Sequence record: SRR20825010_708
Direction: 5' to 3' (one strand)
Length of the DNA: 63,826 nucleotides
Under the pieces are notes generated by a model. The model did no database searches. It had not been told where the DNA came from and saw only the letters and a list, made by a program, of their open reading frames with translations. Made by a program: the position numbers and the translations under genes. Shown in pieces: positions 36,834 to 46,698 of this stretch; position 1 is the stretch's first letter, and every line of letters starts with the position of its first letter.

Positions 36834-37454
36834 TTAAGCTGTCGGACTCACAGGTCGATAACGTTGATTACGCGAGCAATACAGTAGAGTAACCAGAATC
36901 AACCCAACGCCTAATAATGTGAAGCTGCTGGGTTCTGGTACAGATCTAGATATTAGGTGGGCGCGTAAGGGTCTAGCGTTACCAGCATCGTCTATATGTC
37001 CATGAAAGGAATCTCCAACCTGCCAGTTTTCTACCCTATATCGATCAAAATAGCCCTCAATGTCATCAATCTGCAGGGAAAACCCGACATCTGGTAAGCT
37101 CATCCTCGCATAGGCATAACTAAAATCCATAGTTAAGCTTTTAGTGAAATAGTTAGAGCTTTCACCGTTTGTTACTAGCAGAGAGTCCCAGATGGCGGAA
37201 ACCGAATATGAGGTTTCATAGGTGACCCAACCGCGGTTCACGTTTCCTGGATCGGAAGTGATTTGGTCAGAAGTAGGCAACGGAAAGTCGACATCAAACG
37301 TAGTGGTAAGAGACCTCGTACTGACTCCCTCAGCCCCAGAATAAACTTCAACTCTGAAGTCGTATGTAACTGGGATCGCATAAGCTTGGCTCGAAAAAAT
37401 CAAGCACAGGACCCCTAAGAGCCACGGGCACAACAAACCTGACTTCATAACCAC
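36834..37454 (-). CDS. PEP-CTERM sorting-domain protein
   Basis: Signal peptide ending AYA-IP; C-terminal VPEPSSFTLLGVGL, TM segment and basic tail. Confidence 0.85.
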   Translation of the reverse strand: MVMKSGLLCPWLLGVLCLIFSSQAYAIPVTYDFRVEVYSGAEGVSTRSLTTTFDVDFPLPTSDQITSDPGNVNRGWVTYETSYSVSAIWDSLLVTNGESSNYFTKSLTMDFSYAYARMSLPDVGFSLQIDDIEGYFDRYRVENWQVGDSFHGHIDDAGNARPLRAHLISRSVPEPSSFTLLGVGLILVTLLYCSRNQRYRPVSPTA

Positions 37455-37529
37455 CTTCCTTTTTGGTAGTAGACATTTTGGTAGCCAACATTGAATTTAA
37501 CAACTAATAACCAATGTAGTAAACCATGC

Positions 37530-37545
37530 TGCACATTTTGGGCCA
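37530..37545 (-). promoter_or_regulatory. sigma54 -24/-12 promoter (TGGCCCAAAATGTGCA)
   Basis: GG-N10-GC spacing upstream of the PEP-CTERM gene. Confidence 0.6.
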
Positions 37546-37610
37546 CGCATCCTGACATAGCCAATTTAAAGATCGAGGAGTCGATGGATCACCGTCACGC
37601 GCGAGGACAG

Positions 37611-37627
37611 TGTAAAAGAAACTGTCA
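37611..37627 (-). promoter_or_regulatory. Candidate PrsR enhancer box (+ strand TGTAAAAGAAACTGTCA)
   Basis: Matches the 17-bp boxes at 57960 and 58840, in the same orientation relative to the sigma54 site. Confidence 0.55.
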
Positions 37628-37848
37628 CCGGCGGTAAATTGGCACGAATGCCCCCATGCCGCTTTACCAACTCTATGATGCCCGCTAGAAGCCCCTAAGC
37701 ACACTGCTGAGCGGTTCGCGGCAGGGTCCAGGACTGTCACAAAACCGGTAGGATTACAAAATTGTACGAATTCTGCACAATATTCGGCATCACAATGGCC
37801 CGTTTTGTTGTAAAATAAGGTTAAATACGGCTTCTCTTTGGAGTAAAC

Positions 37849-38835
37849 ATGAACCTGCGCCCTCTTCTCCTAGTAGCACTCACCGTTGCAATTCCCGCCC
37901 TCGGCTACTCCAAGGTGTTGTTTGAAAGTGGTGTATCGGGGGGTGACTCTCCCATGTATCTCGGTGCCTCCTCAGCTCATCCTGGTGGAGGATACATCTC
38001 ATTCCTCGGTGGCGAGCTGGTTAATGGATACAATCCAGGGGATGGCACTCAGGACTACACCTCTTACACTAACGTAGTTGTCGATACTTCTAACGCTGCA
38101 AAAAACCCTCTCACTGGTACTGACTGGTCCTTCAAGACGCAGTATAGAGCTGGATACGAACGAAGTTACCAGTTAAACACTACCATTATTAAGTTCCCTG
38201 AGACTGACGTACTTTACGTGCGCTGGTATCAAAAGTGGTCGAAAGACTGGATCTGGCCTTCAGATCAACAGAAGCTCCTCAAGATAAAGGGGGATGGAAT
38301 CAGCCAGAACTTTAAGGTGTCGTTTTCGAACAATTTCATAAACCTGACTCATCTGTCTCCGGAGCCTTATAGCCATCTCAACGAGACTTATGTTTTCTCG
38401 GACTATGACGGGCAGAAAACAGAATTTCGCCAGGAAGACTCTTTTAATAATAAGCTCGGGCCGAACGGTGAAGATATCAACTATCCATTGGACCGGGAAC
38501 AATGGTACTGCATTGAGACGTACGTTAAGGCTAATGACCAAGGAAAAAACAATGCAGAATACCGCTATTGGATTGATGACAAGTTAGCTTTCGAACTTAC
38601 AAACACCAGAGCTCGGACCAATGCGAGCGCTAAAATGAGACTGATAGAGCTCCAGCATGTACTCCAGGGTGCAGGCAATCCGATCGACACACCAACGTGG
38701 ATGAGTGACATCGTATTGTCTACTGAGCGAATCGGCTGTGGGGAAGTCAGTGGGGACGGGAATGGTAGCGGGGGTGATACGTCGCCGACAGGCTCACAAC
38801 CCAATCCACCGACCAACTTTACAATAGGACAATAG
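37849..38835 (+). CDS. Secreted protein, polysaccharide-lyase/ConA-like jelly-roll fold (putative)
   Basis: Signal peptide; LYVRWYQKW, QKLLKI, WYCIETYVK, YWIDD and DIVLSTERIGC patterns; Gly-rich linker and PNPPTNF tail. Confidence 0.6.
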   Translation: MNLRPLLLVALTVAIPALGYSKVLFESGVSGGDSPMYLGASSAHPGGGYISFLGGELVNGYNPGDGTQDYTSYTNVVVDTSNAAKNPLTGTDWSFKTQYRAGYERSYQLNTTIIKFPETDVLYVRWYQKWSKDWIWPSDQQKLLKIKGDGISQNFKVSFSNNFINLTHLSPEPYSHLNETYVFSDYDGQKTEFRQEDSFNNKLGPNGEDINYPLDREQWYCIETYVKANDQGKNNAEYRYWIDDKLAFELTNTRARTNASAKMRLIELQHVLQGAGNPIDTPTWMSDIVLSTERIGCGEVSGDGNGSGGDTSPTGSQPNPPTNFTIGQ

Positions 38836-38922
38836 GTTTGTTTTCCCTGATGATAAGTGCTGTGAATCAAAGCGATAGATAGGCAGAGCTTCTCTTAGTT
38901 TATGTAAAGACTTTTATAACAA

Positions 38923-38954
38923 ATACGGCGTTCCAAGGAACCCGAACGCCGTAT
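38923..38954 (-). terminator. Intrinsic terminator hairpin between convergent genes
   Basis: ATACGGCGTTC-N10-GAACGCCGTAT 11-bp stem followed by T-rich sequence on the minus strand. Confidence 0.7.
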
Positions 38955-38966
38955 CACTTCCCCCTG

Positions 38967-40286
38967 TCAGTCCAGCATGCTCTTTACCACTCGCATTTTA
39001 CCTGACTTCTCCCGTGACAAACTTTCAACCAGATTCACTTCAAATCTAAACTCTGCTCCAATAGCTTCAACGAGCTGGCTTTTTAAGGCAACGTCGAACG
39101 AATCATCCCACGATACATTTGGCACGATATTGACTGATATGGCGTCGATATCAGTTTGTATGGCCTGAAACTGCTTAAAGACTGGCATTTTTTCCTGAAT
39201 CCCTTCGAATATGTAAATCACAGCTTCCGGATGAATCCTTGTACCGCTAGGAGACCGAATAATATCGTACGCCCTCCCATGTATTTTATTGATAGTCGGC
39301 AGTTCACGGCCGCACCGACAAGTGCCTTCGCCCATTGTGGCGAAATCCCCTAGCCTATACCTCACCAGAGGGGTAACTTGGTTAAAATAGTCCGTAACGA
39401 TAATCTCCCCAGGTTGCCCCGGTTCCGAGTCGATCTCGACGTGCAAATTATCAGCCATAACATGCATACTTCCATACTCACATTCGTGAGCAATGGAACC
39501 GACCTCACCGCATCCATATTCATTGAAGACCTTGCGCTGAAAGGCATTTTCTATGAGCGCCCTGGATGAATCCGACAGTACTTCCGAAGTTGTAATGAGC
39601 GACACCAGACTGCTCGGAGGCTGCAATTGCTTCGATTGGATGAACCTCGCAAACTCTTCAATGACACTTACGTATCCATATAGGTATTGAGGCTGAAAAC
39701 TACATAGGTCGTTGTAATACTTATACAAATTATCGTCGTTAATCGAAAAAGCCGATATTCTTTTCCTGTTTGCAATCAAATCAATGAGTCTCGCAGTCAG
39801 TCTTCCACTCCGACTATGTGGAACACCCCAAAACCTGACCTGGCGATCAGCGACGCTAACCCCTGCCCACTCATACGATCTCCAGGTGGCGCAGCGTTCG
39901 CGGGCCAAAGCCGACCCGTTTTTGAAAATCTTGACCGGCTCTCCCGTGGAACCACCAGTGGTCTTCGCCGAACTAAAAAGACCGGCGTTTTTGGCGCGAA
40001 TATGGTCAAGATTATCAATCAGTTGGGCTTTCGACAAAGTAGGTAAGTCTGGGCTTGGTATAATACTATTATCAGTAATGAAGCTCGAAAGGCATTTTTG
40101 ATAATAACTACTGTTTTCAACCGCATACCTTACGATTCTATCAAAATGTTCATCCCGGAATGCTTCGAGCTCTCTGGCTGACCACCACTGTCTTTCTTCA
40201 TATCCCCTGCGATAAAAGGCAATTAACTCTCCTTTTGCTAAAGTCACAGGATAGTAAAATAGGTACTTAGATAACAGCTTATTCAT
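38967..40286 (-). CDS. Phenylacetate-CoA ligase-like / CapK-family adenylate-forming enzyme
   Basis: TTGGSTGEP, NEYGCGE, PLVRYRLGD, SGKMR. Start at ATG 40286. Confidence 0.88.
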   Translation of the reverse strand: MNKLLSKYLFYYPVTLAKGELIAFYRRGYEERQWWSARELEAFRDEHFDRIVRYAVENSSYYQKCLSSFITDNSIIPSPDLPTLSKAQLIDNLDHIRAKNAGLFSSAKTTGGSTGEPVKIFKNGSALARERCATWRSYEWAGVSVADRQVRFWGVPHSRSGRLTARLIDLIANRKRISAFSINDDNLYKYYNDLCSFQPQYLYGYVSVIEEFARFIQSKQLQPPSSLVSLITTSEVLSDSSRALIENAFQRKVFNEYGCGEVGSIAHECEYGSMHVMADNLHVEIDSEPGQPGEIIVTDYFNQVTPLVRYRLGDFATMGEGTCRCGRELPTINKIHGRAYDIIRSPSGTRIHPEAVIYIFEGIQEKMPVFKQFQAIQTDIDAISVNIVPNVSWDDSFDVALKSQLVEAIGAEFRFEVNLVESLSREKSGKMRVVKSMLD

Positions 40287-41268
40287 TTCTATTCCTTTCC
40301 AATATTGGATATATAACTGAACAGATTCTTCCAAATAAATAAATGTATGCAACCATAATATTGCAGGAAAAGACTTTTATATTTTTAAATCTGAACTTCG
40401 CATATACAAACATTGCCAAGATCAGCCACGTAAGAAACACAAAAATCTGGACAACAGTAACAGAGCCCGTTAACACCCCAATCAGGATACCAATTTGTAT
40501 CAGAGCAAAAATTGCAGCTAGCATAGCAACCTTTGATCGAACGAAATAATAGAAGCTCGAGAAGTCTGAGGCGCCATGCCAACATTCGCGGACAATAAAC
40601 TCCCAAACTGTATCGGGATACCCTAAATGTCTTGCTACTAGTTCGCTGTCAGCCTGCACCGATGCACCTACCTGCAGGGCTCTCTGACACAGGTCATAAT
40701 CTTCACCGGATTTCAACGAATCATCAAATCCCCCAATTTCATCAAAGAGGCTACGAGATATAATCAAGTGACCCGATCCGAGATGAGTATTACGGTCATC
40801 ATCTTCAATTGACTTGTACCAGGTAAAGAAGGGTTGTCTTATATTTTCTGGTACAACACAGTGGGATCCTGTAATTAACTTAGAGTCGGAGATCGCTTTA
40901 AATTTAGATAAAAGCACATCGTACCAAGTGCAATCTATCTCTACGTCTGCATCAATAAAAGCAATAAGCCTTCCGCGGGAAACCTTTACACCGTCGTTTC
41001 TGACACCAGAAACAGTTTTAGAGCTGCTTTCAACAACTAGAGCCCCACACCTCTCCGCAATTATTGCGCTTTTGTCGATAGAGCCATTATCGACCAATAT
41101 TATTTCATAAGTATCGCAACATCTTTTAAGACTTTCTTTTATTGAATCTATAACGACTTCAATAAAACTTTCACCATTGTAGCAAGGAATAATAAACGAT
41201 AATTCAAAATCATATGACTCACAGTAATGATCCAATTTATGCCAACCTCCTTCAATACGGTGACTCAT
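40279..41268 (-). CDS. Glycosyltransferase family 2
   Basis: SFIIPCYN, VDNGSID, FIDAD, GGFD...GEDYD; C-terminal TM helices. Confidence 0.9.
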   Translation of the reverse strand: MSHRIEGGWHKLDHYCESYDFELSFIIPCYNGESFIEVVIDSIKESLKRCCDTYEIILVDNGSIDKSAIIAERCGALVVESSSKTVSGVRNDGVKVSRGRLIAFIDADVEIDCTWYDVLLSKFKAISDSKLITGSHCVVPENIRQPFFTWYKSIEDDDRNTHLGSGHLIISRSLFDEIGGFDDSLKSGEDYDLCQRALQVGASVQADSELVARHLGYPDTVWEFIVRECWHGASDFSSFYYFVRSKVAMLAAIFALIQIGILIGVLTGSVTVVQIFVFLTWLILAMFVYAKFRFKNIKVFSCNIMVAYIYLFGRICSVIYPILERNRNE

Positions 41269-42562
41269 TATAGGCTTTCATTTCGCCAGCCTTAATAGGC
41301 GACTTCTGGTTACTGCTAAAACTATTCGACAACGATACGATCAAAGCTAAGTGAATCCACAAAAACGGATAATAGGCCACAGTGACAAATTGACCAGCAA
41401 CTATAAATCCGAGCAATGAAATATTTGCGCATCGCCCTATCACCCCGTCTTCCCTAGCACAAAGATTTGTTCGAAACCGCTTGCCCAGTCGATAAGCAAC
41501 CAACAATAAACCGAGGAAAAAAGAGAGTCCTAATAGGCCAGTGTCAGTACCTATTTGAATAAATATATTATGAGGTAGCTCAGCCCTTCCTAGCAGAACA
41601 TCACCCGGATAATATTTCTCGAAATAAGATGCAAAGTTGAAATAACCGACCCCCAGAACCGGATTATCTTGAATCATCTCGATACCGTTTTCCCAGTAGA
41701 GCAGCCGCTGTCTGGACGTGCCGTCCTCACCCATTGTCTCAAATCTCTGTATTTGCTCTTCGGGCAAAAAATTCCATATCAGTACCATTGAGATCAGAAT
41801 CGACACCAGAACCCGAGGCCGAAAAACGAATCTGTAATTCATAACAAGCAACTGGCAGACCAATGCGAGCTGCGCACCTCGCGAGCTCGCGCCAAGAATA
41901 ACCATAATAGCCGTTACGGGCATCAACAGCAGTACCAGGTACAATTTTCTTGATATATAAGGCTTCAGAGCATGGGTGAAAGCCCAGGCTATAGGCCAGA
42001 AAACAAGCATCTGAATAGCAAGCTCACCGGAGTTCTGAAAAAATCCCTTTGGCCCCATTAATCCCCAATCAGTGAAAGAGAAGCCACGTCCAGCCCAGAC
42101 AATTGAAAGAGATAGAGACAGCTTGAAGGACGCTAAAAGAAATATACATATGAATATAAAAAAGCGACGAGGCGTATTAACTACATTTATAATTATGAAG
42201 TATATGACTACCCATAAATAATACTTGTCAAGACTGGAAAAGGAAACGCTGGGAAAATAAGCAAGATAACTCGACAATAAAATAACAAAGAAAAATATAA
42301 TAAGCAGAGAGTTTATCGGCGATGATACCCAGCGTACCGTTTTGTCTGTAAAGCATCCTAGTATGGCTCCGATCACTACTAGCTGTGTCCACGGTAGAAA
42401 ATCGATAGCTGGATAGATTGTTTGTGGGCGAACATACTCAAAAAAAAGATATGCACAAACCATCCAAAATGCAAAACTTTCTCCCTTAAAGTAGCGCCAC
42501 ATCGGACCTATTTTAAGGGCGTAGAAATCTTCATTCGTTATTTCTTTGCGCTTTTTAAGCAC
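41252..42562 (-). CDS. O-antigen ligase / Wzy-like polymerase (exosortase A-associated O-glycosylation ligase-like)
   Basis: Multi-TM; SSRGA, RLLYW, PVLGVGYFNF, PHNIFIQ. Confidence 0.85.
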   Translation of the reverse strand: MLKKRKEITNEDFYALKIGPMWRYFKGESFAFWMVCAYLFFEYVRPQTIYPAIDFLPWTQLVVIGAILGCFTDKTVRWVSSPINSLLIIFFFVILLSSYLAYFPSVSFSSLDKYYLWVVIYFIIINVVNTPRRFFIFICIFLLASFKLSLSLSIVWAGRGFSFTDWGLMGPKGFFQNSGELAIQMLVFWPIAWAFTHALKPYISRKLYLVLLLMPVTAIMVILGASSRGAQLALVCQLLVMNYRFVFRPRVLVSILISMVLIWNFLPEEQIQRFETMGEDGTSRQRLLYWENGIEMIQDNPVLGVGYFNFASYFEKYYPGDVLLGRAELPHNIFIQIGTDTGLLGLSFFLGLLLVAYRLGKRFRTNLCAREDGVIGRCANISLLGFIVAGQFVTVAYYPFLWIHLALIVSLSNSFSSNQKSPIKAGEMKAYNESPY

Positions 42563-43091
42563 ATATCCCCCTGACGGACTCCATTACACTCTTCTCGCAG
42601 TATGCAAAGAACTCATCGCTACAGTTGAACGGATCATGGATATAGGGGACGGGAATTCCGCAGTATGTTCCGGCAAGGGCTAATGTGTAGTCCGCACCAA
42701 TCTTCTTCTGGAATTCGTTAATCTGGGCTGGCTCCATAACCACGATAAGGTCGTCACTATGGAATTTGAAGTCCTTTACATTTACAGTCTTGTGGCTATC
42801 CAACGACAAACCGTGGCTTGCTGCAAACTCCCGGGCTCGCGGATCAGCCGGAAAACCATCGCCACAATTCAAACCACAGGAAGCGGCCTCCCGGCCAAGG
42901 CTCCGCGCGTACGCTTCTGCGAGAGGGCTACGACAGATGTTGCCGCTGCATACAAATACCAATCTCCGGCAATTTACAGAGTCGACACGCGAGAAAGCAC
43001 TGTACGCACCAAGCCTGGCAAGGGCCCAGTGATAGCAGAATCGTAAAAGTCCTTTTTTTGAGCCAAACCGCTCATAGACCAACCGGTTCAA
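42555..43091 (-). CDS. Low-molecular-weight protein tyrosine phosphatase-like protein
   Basis: FVCSGNICRSPLAE (C-x5-R) and IHDP. Confidence 0.88.
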   Translation of the reverse strand: MNRLVYERFGSKKGLLRFCYHWALARLGAYSAFSRVDSVNCRRLVFVCSGNICRSPLAEAYARSLGREAASCGLNCGDGFPADPRAREFAASHGLSLDSHKTVNVKDFKFHSDDLIVVMEPAQINEFQKKIGADYTLALAGTYCGIPVPYIHDPFNCSDEFFAYCEKSVMESVRGICA

Positions 43092-43291
43092 CGTGCAATC
43101 TCCCTGTTCTGGTCCAGAAAAACCCAGTGTTTCCTAGCTCTGGGTATCATGCCACAAGTTACGTTACCATCGGGAAACATTGATGCTTTTTGATGGCATA
43201 GATCGCTCCGCACGATAGAATTTGTGAGCCACATACCGGATAATCGGGCTCCGACTTTTACTGTTGGTACAAACAAAGGACGTTTATACCC

Positions 43292-44467
43292 ATGGAACCC
43301 AGAATACTCGTACTTGACGGAAATCAGCGTGCCTCCCTGGCCGCTGTGCGTTCTCTGGGGTCGAGGGGGCTCTGGGTCGCCGTGGGTGAAGCGGCACCGG
43401 AGTCGCTCGCTGGTTGTTCCCGTTACTGCCACCAGCGGGTGACCTATTCAAATCCCTTCCTGTCGCCTCGCCTTTTTTTCGACGATATTTTGCATCAAGT
43501 CGAATCGCTCGGCATTTCATTTTTGTTGCCAATCACAGAGGCCACAACGTACGTCCTGCTGCGGTACCGTGATGAGCTGCCAGATCATATTGTACTCCCC
43601 TTCTCCACCACGGAGGCAGTGGAACAACTGGCAAATAAGAACGATCTGTTTCAGTTGGCCCAGGAGAAAAATATCCCCGTTCCGGATACCGTCTTTTGCA
43701 ATGATGCCGAGGAAGGCTTGAGGGCACTCAACGACTTGGAGCGCTTTCCGGTCGTTTTAAAACCTTACAAGTCCAAAGTGTTGACTGAAGGGGGCATCGA
43801 GTCCACTCAGGTTATTGTTGCCAATACCAGGCAGGAGGCGCGAACGGCTATCACCTCCAATGGATTTTTTCGCTTTCCCTTCTCGATTCAATCCTTTATC
43901 AACGGTACTGGCCAGGGCGTTTTTGCGTTGTTTGATCATGGTGATCCGGTGTGCTATTTCGCCCATCGCCGGCTTAGGGAGAAACCTCCCGGTGGCGGCG
44001 TAAGCGTACTATGCGAGTCCGCTCCCATTAATGAGCAACTTCGTGTATCCGCAGAAACGTTACTTCGTTCCGCAAAATGGCATGGCGTAGCCATGGTGGA
44101 GTTCCGGGTGGCTGAGGACGGTACCGGGTACCTTATGGAAGTTAACCCCAGATTCTGGGGGTCTTTACAGCTGGCAATCGACTCCGGTATTGACTTCCCA
44201 TGGTTGCTATACCTTGTGAGTACCGGTCAAGCCGTACCCCAGCCGGTATGGGAGTATCGACGTGTACGCTGGTTGCTGGGTGATCTGGATAGGCTTTACC
44301 TCGTTTTAAAGGCACCTTTGAGCCGTTACTCACTTAGCTGGAAATTGCGGGAAATCTTCAATTTTGTTATGCCGAACCTGCGAACCCGCCATGAAGTCAA
44401 TCGGTGGAAAGATCTTCGTCCGTTCTGGTTCGAGCTGAAACATTACCTACGCGCACTAAAGAACTGA
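43292..44467 (+). CDS. ATP-grasp carboxylate-amine ligase
   Basis: FPVVLKP, AMVEFR, LMEVNPRFWGSL. Confidence 0.88.
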   Translation: MEPRILVLDGNQRASLAAVRSLGSRGLWVAVGEAAPESLAGCSRYCHQRVTYSNPFLSPRLFFDDILHQVESLGISFLLPITEATTYVLLRYRDELPDHIVLPFSTTEAVEQLANKNDLFQLAQEKNIPVPDTVFCNDAEEGLRALNDLERFPVVLKPYKSKVLTEGGIESTQVIVANTRQEARTAITSNGFFRFPFSIQSFINGTGQGVFALFDHGDPVCYFAHRRLREKPPGGGVSVLCESAPINEQLRVSAETLLRSAKWHGVAMVEFRVAEDGTGYLMEVNPRFWGSLQLAIDSGIDFPWLLYLVSTGQAVPQPVWEYRRVRWLLGDLDRLYLVLKAPLSRYSLSWKLREIFNFVMPNLRTRHEVNRWKDLRPFWFELKHYLRALKN

Positions 44468-44469
44468 CA

Positions 44470-45645
44470 ATGCCTGACAAGAAACCCTACGTTATTATCC
44501 TTGCTAACGGACTTAACGGCCTCGGTGCTGTGCGCTCAGCCGCTCACGCGGGCCTGAAGACCTATACGCTCCTCACTAATCACTCGGACCTGTGTACCTA
44601 CAGCCGGTTTGGCCAGTATCGCTTCCTGTTGCCGCCCAATCCCACCGCTGACGATCTTCGGCCTGTTCTCGACCAGCTGCATGACAATGAAGGCGGGCCA
44701 GGGGTTTTGCTTGCATGCTCGGATTTGGCAGCGGAGTTACTCGGGCAACTGAAATGTGAAGGTTATGCCAAACAGCATCTTGTTGTTCCTAGCACTGAAA
44801 CCACGAACGTCCTTAACGACAAGAAGCTGGAATGCCTGTATATGGAAAAGGGCGGCATTACCCTTCCAAAAACCTATTGCCAGCTGTCGGATGACGAACC
44901 GGATGCCTTCCCAATCATCATCAAGCCACGAACTTTCAGGGAATACGGTGTGCTGGGCGCGAAAAACGTTATTCTGCACTCCCCCGCTGAACTGAACGAT
45001 TTCCGGCAACGCTTCAAGGGCTACCTTGACCGATTCATCGGACAGAAAGTGGTCCAAGGGGGTGACGATAATCTATGGGTCTGCAATGTAACGTTTGACC
45101 ACCAGCAGCAGCTCAGTGCCTGTTTTGTGTTCAAACGCATGGGAACCATGCCCTCACACTATGGCGTGACGTCCATGGCGATCAGCCAGGAGAATCAGAA
45201 GCTCCGGGAAGAGTGCGAAAAGATTGGTAAGGCCCTGAACTACACTGGCCCGGCGATGATCGAGTTCAAGAAGGACCAAAATTCAGACACTTACTACTAT
45301 ATTGAAACCAACCCCCGCCTCGGCATGTGTAACTGGTTTGATACTCGTTGCGGAGTCAACAATATCCTGGCGTGCACCCACGCGGCCTACGGTCAGAAGA
45401 GTGCATTGGCACCCCAGAAGAACAATTGGGTTTACTGGAACTTTTTTGGTGACCTGATCGCACGACTTGAAAACAGAGAGAACCTGTTGTCGATACTCTT
45501 TCGCTACCTGAGGGTACTCCGCCGGCGGCGTATCGGCGCATTGCTCTACTGGAAAGACCCTCAGCCCGCCTTTCGATATGCCCGGTCTTCCATCCGGGAT
45601 ATGGCTCAACGGGTAGGCAGGAAGCTGCGTGAGAAAGTTGGCTGA
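44470..45645 (+). CDS. ATP-grasp carboxylate-amine ligase (D-aspartate-ligase-like)
   Basis: NGLGAVRS, FPIIIKP, AMIEFKKD, IETNPR. Start at ATG 44470. Confidence 0.85.
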   Translation: MPDKKPYVIILANGLNGLGAVRSAAHAGLKTYTLLTNHSDLCTYSRFGQYRFLLPPNPTADDLRPVLDQLHDNEGGPGVLLACSDLAAELLGQLKCEGYAKQHLVVPSTETTNVLNDKKLECLYMEKGGITLPKTYCQLSDDEPDAFPIIIKPRTFREYGVLGAKNVILHSPAELNDFRQRFKGYLDRFIGQKVVQGGDDNLWVCNVTFDHQQQLSACFVFKRMGTMPSHYGVTSMAISQENQKLREECEKIGKALNYTGPAMIEFKKDQNSDTYYYIETNPRLGMCNWFDTRCGVNNILACTHAAYGQKSALAPQKNNWVYWNFFGDLIARLENRENLLSILFRYLRVLRRRRIGALLYWKDPQPAFRYARSSIRDMAQRVGRKLREKVG

Positions 45646-46646
45646 TTAGGCAGTTTTTCTTTCATGGCCTCAAACCGGTTTACGATTTGAATAAAATCGG
45701 CGACAGCCCCAGGCACTGAAAATCGTGGGAGTTCAAAGTGACTACAACCCTGGCTGACATAATCCGGAACAGTGTTGAACGCCATCTTGAATCCCGCCCG
45801 TTTCAGTTCTTCTATATCAGCCGAATCGTAATCTGAACGGCGTCCAGTCGGGTAGGCAAAGACTTCCGGCGTATATTGCAGCTCCTGCTCAACCCTTTTG
45901 CGGGCTTCGTTGATTTCCCGGTGCTTTTCCTCCGGCGACAGCGCCGAGAGAATGCGGTGCGAACAGGTGTGCGGATACACTCCATGCCCTCTTTCACGCA
46001 ACGATCTTGCATCGTTCCAGGACATTGGCCGGTATTCCGGAGGAATATTGCCAGGAAACTCAACCTTGAGTTTATGGTAGAGTTCTTCATCCAGCCAGCG
46101 GTAGATATGCGCCTGTTTGTCTTTTTTCAGCGCGTTCCGAATCTCGCGAGCCGTTTGCCTGATACTCTTCACCGAAAGATCTACGGAGCACCCGCCACCT
46201 GATGGGAGCTGGAGGCTAACCTGTCGCAGGTCTGTCCGATTCAGTGCATAAGCGATCTGGTCGTCCCACGGCCACAGGTGCTTATCCAGCAAACCAGTGA
46301 TCACGAAGAAGTTGAGGGGAAAGCCGAACTCATCAAAAACCCTCGCCGCCACGTCGTGGTGGTCGAAGAAGCCATCATCAATGGTAAACATGACCGTTTT
46401 TGACGGAATTGGCTCGCCTTTCTCGAGAACTTTCCATAGTTGCTCCATGGACAGCACTTTGTACCCCCGCCTGGAAAGGTAACGAAGGTAGCTGCGAAGC
46501 TTGTCCGCGGTCATATCACCAGGTATATCGTCGTTGCCATCGGTAACACGGTGCAGCATAAAAACCGGGATACGCCCGGGGCACAACAGGCGATACAGCC
46601 CGGTCTCGCCAACAAAGTTTACGAAGTTCAAGACAACTGATTTCAA
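45606..46646 (-). CDS. Polysaccharide deacetylase (CE4/NodB)
   Basis: FMLHRV, FTIDDGF, PHTCSH, FAYPTG. Start at TTG 46646 after CAGGAGG. Confidence 0.85.
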   Translation of the reverse strand: MKSVVLNFVNFVGETGLYRLLCPGRIPVFMLHRVTDGNDDIPGDMTADKLRSYLRYLSRRGYKVLSMEQLWKVLEKGEPIPSKTVMFTIDDGFFDHHDVAARVFDEFGFPLNFFVITGLLDKHLWPWDDQIAYALNRTDLRQVSLQLPSGGGCSVDLSVKSIRQTAREIRNALKKDKQAHIYRWLDEELYHKLKVEFPGNIPPEYRPMSWNDARSLRERGHGVYPHTCSHRILSALSPEEKHREINEARKRVEQELQYTPEVFAYPTGRRSDYDSADIEELKRAGFKMAFNTVPDYVSQGCSHFELPRFSVPGAVADFIQIVNRFEAMKEKLPNQPTFSRSFLPTR

Positions 46647-46698
46647 GCCTGCGCCTCCTGCGTTAAATCCACACGACTCCGGTCCTTCGGCCGGCGCC

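Noticed and set aside
37640-37655. TGGCACG, a perfect sigma54 -24 element on the + strand
   Set aside because: No GC at the -12 position (GG-N10-CC), so the spacing rule fails.
37504-37740. 78-aa ORF between the PEP-CTERM gene and the lyase-like gene
   Set aside because: It overlaps the predicted sigma54 promoter and enhancer and has no recognisable features; likely non-coding.
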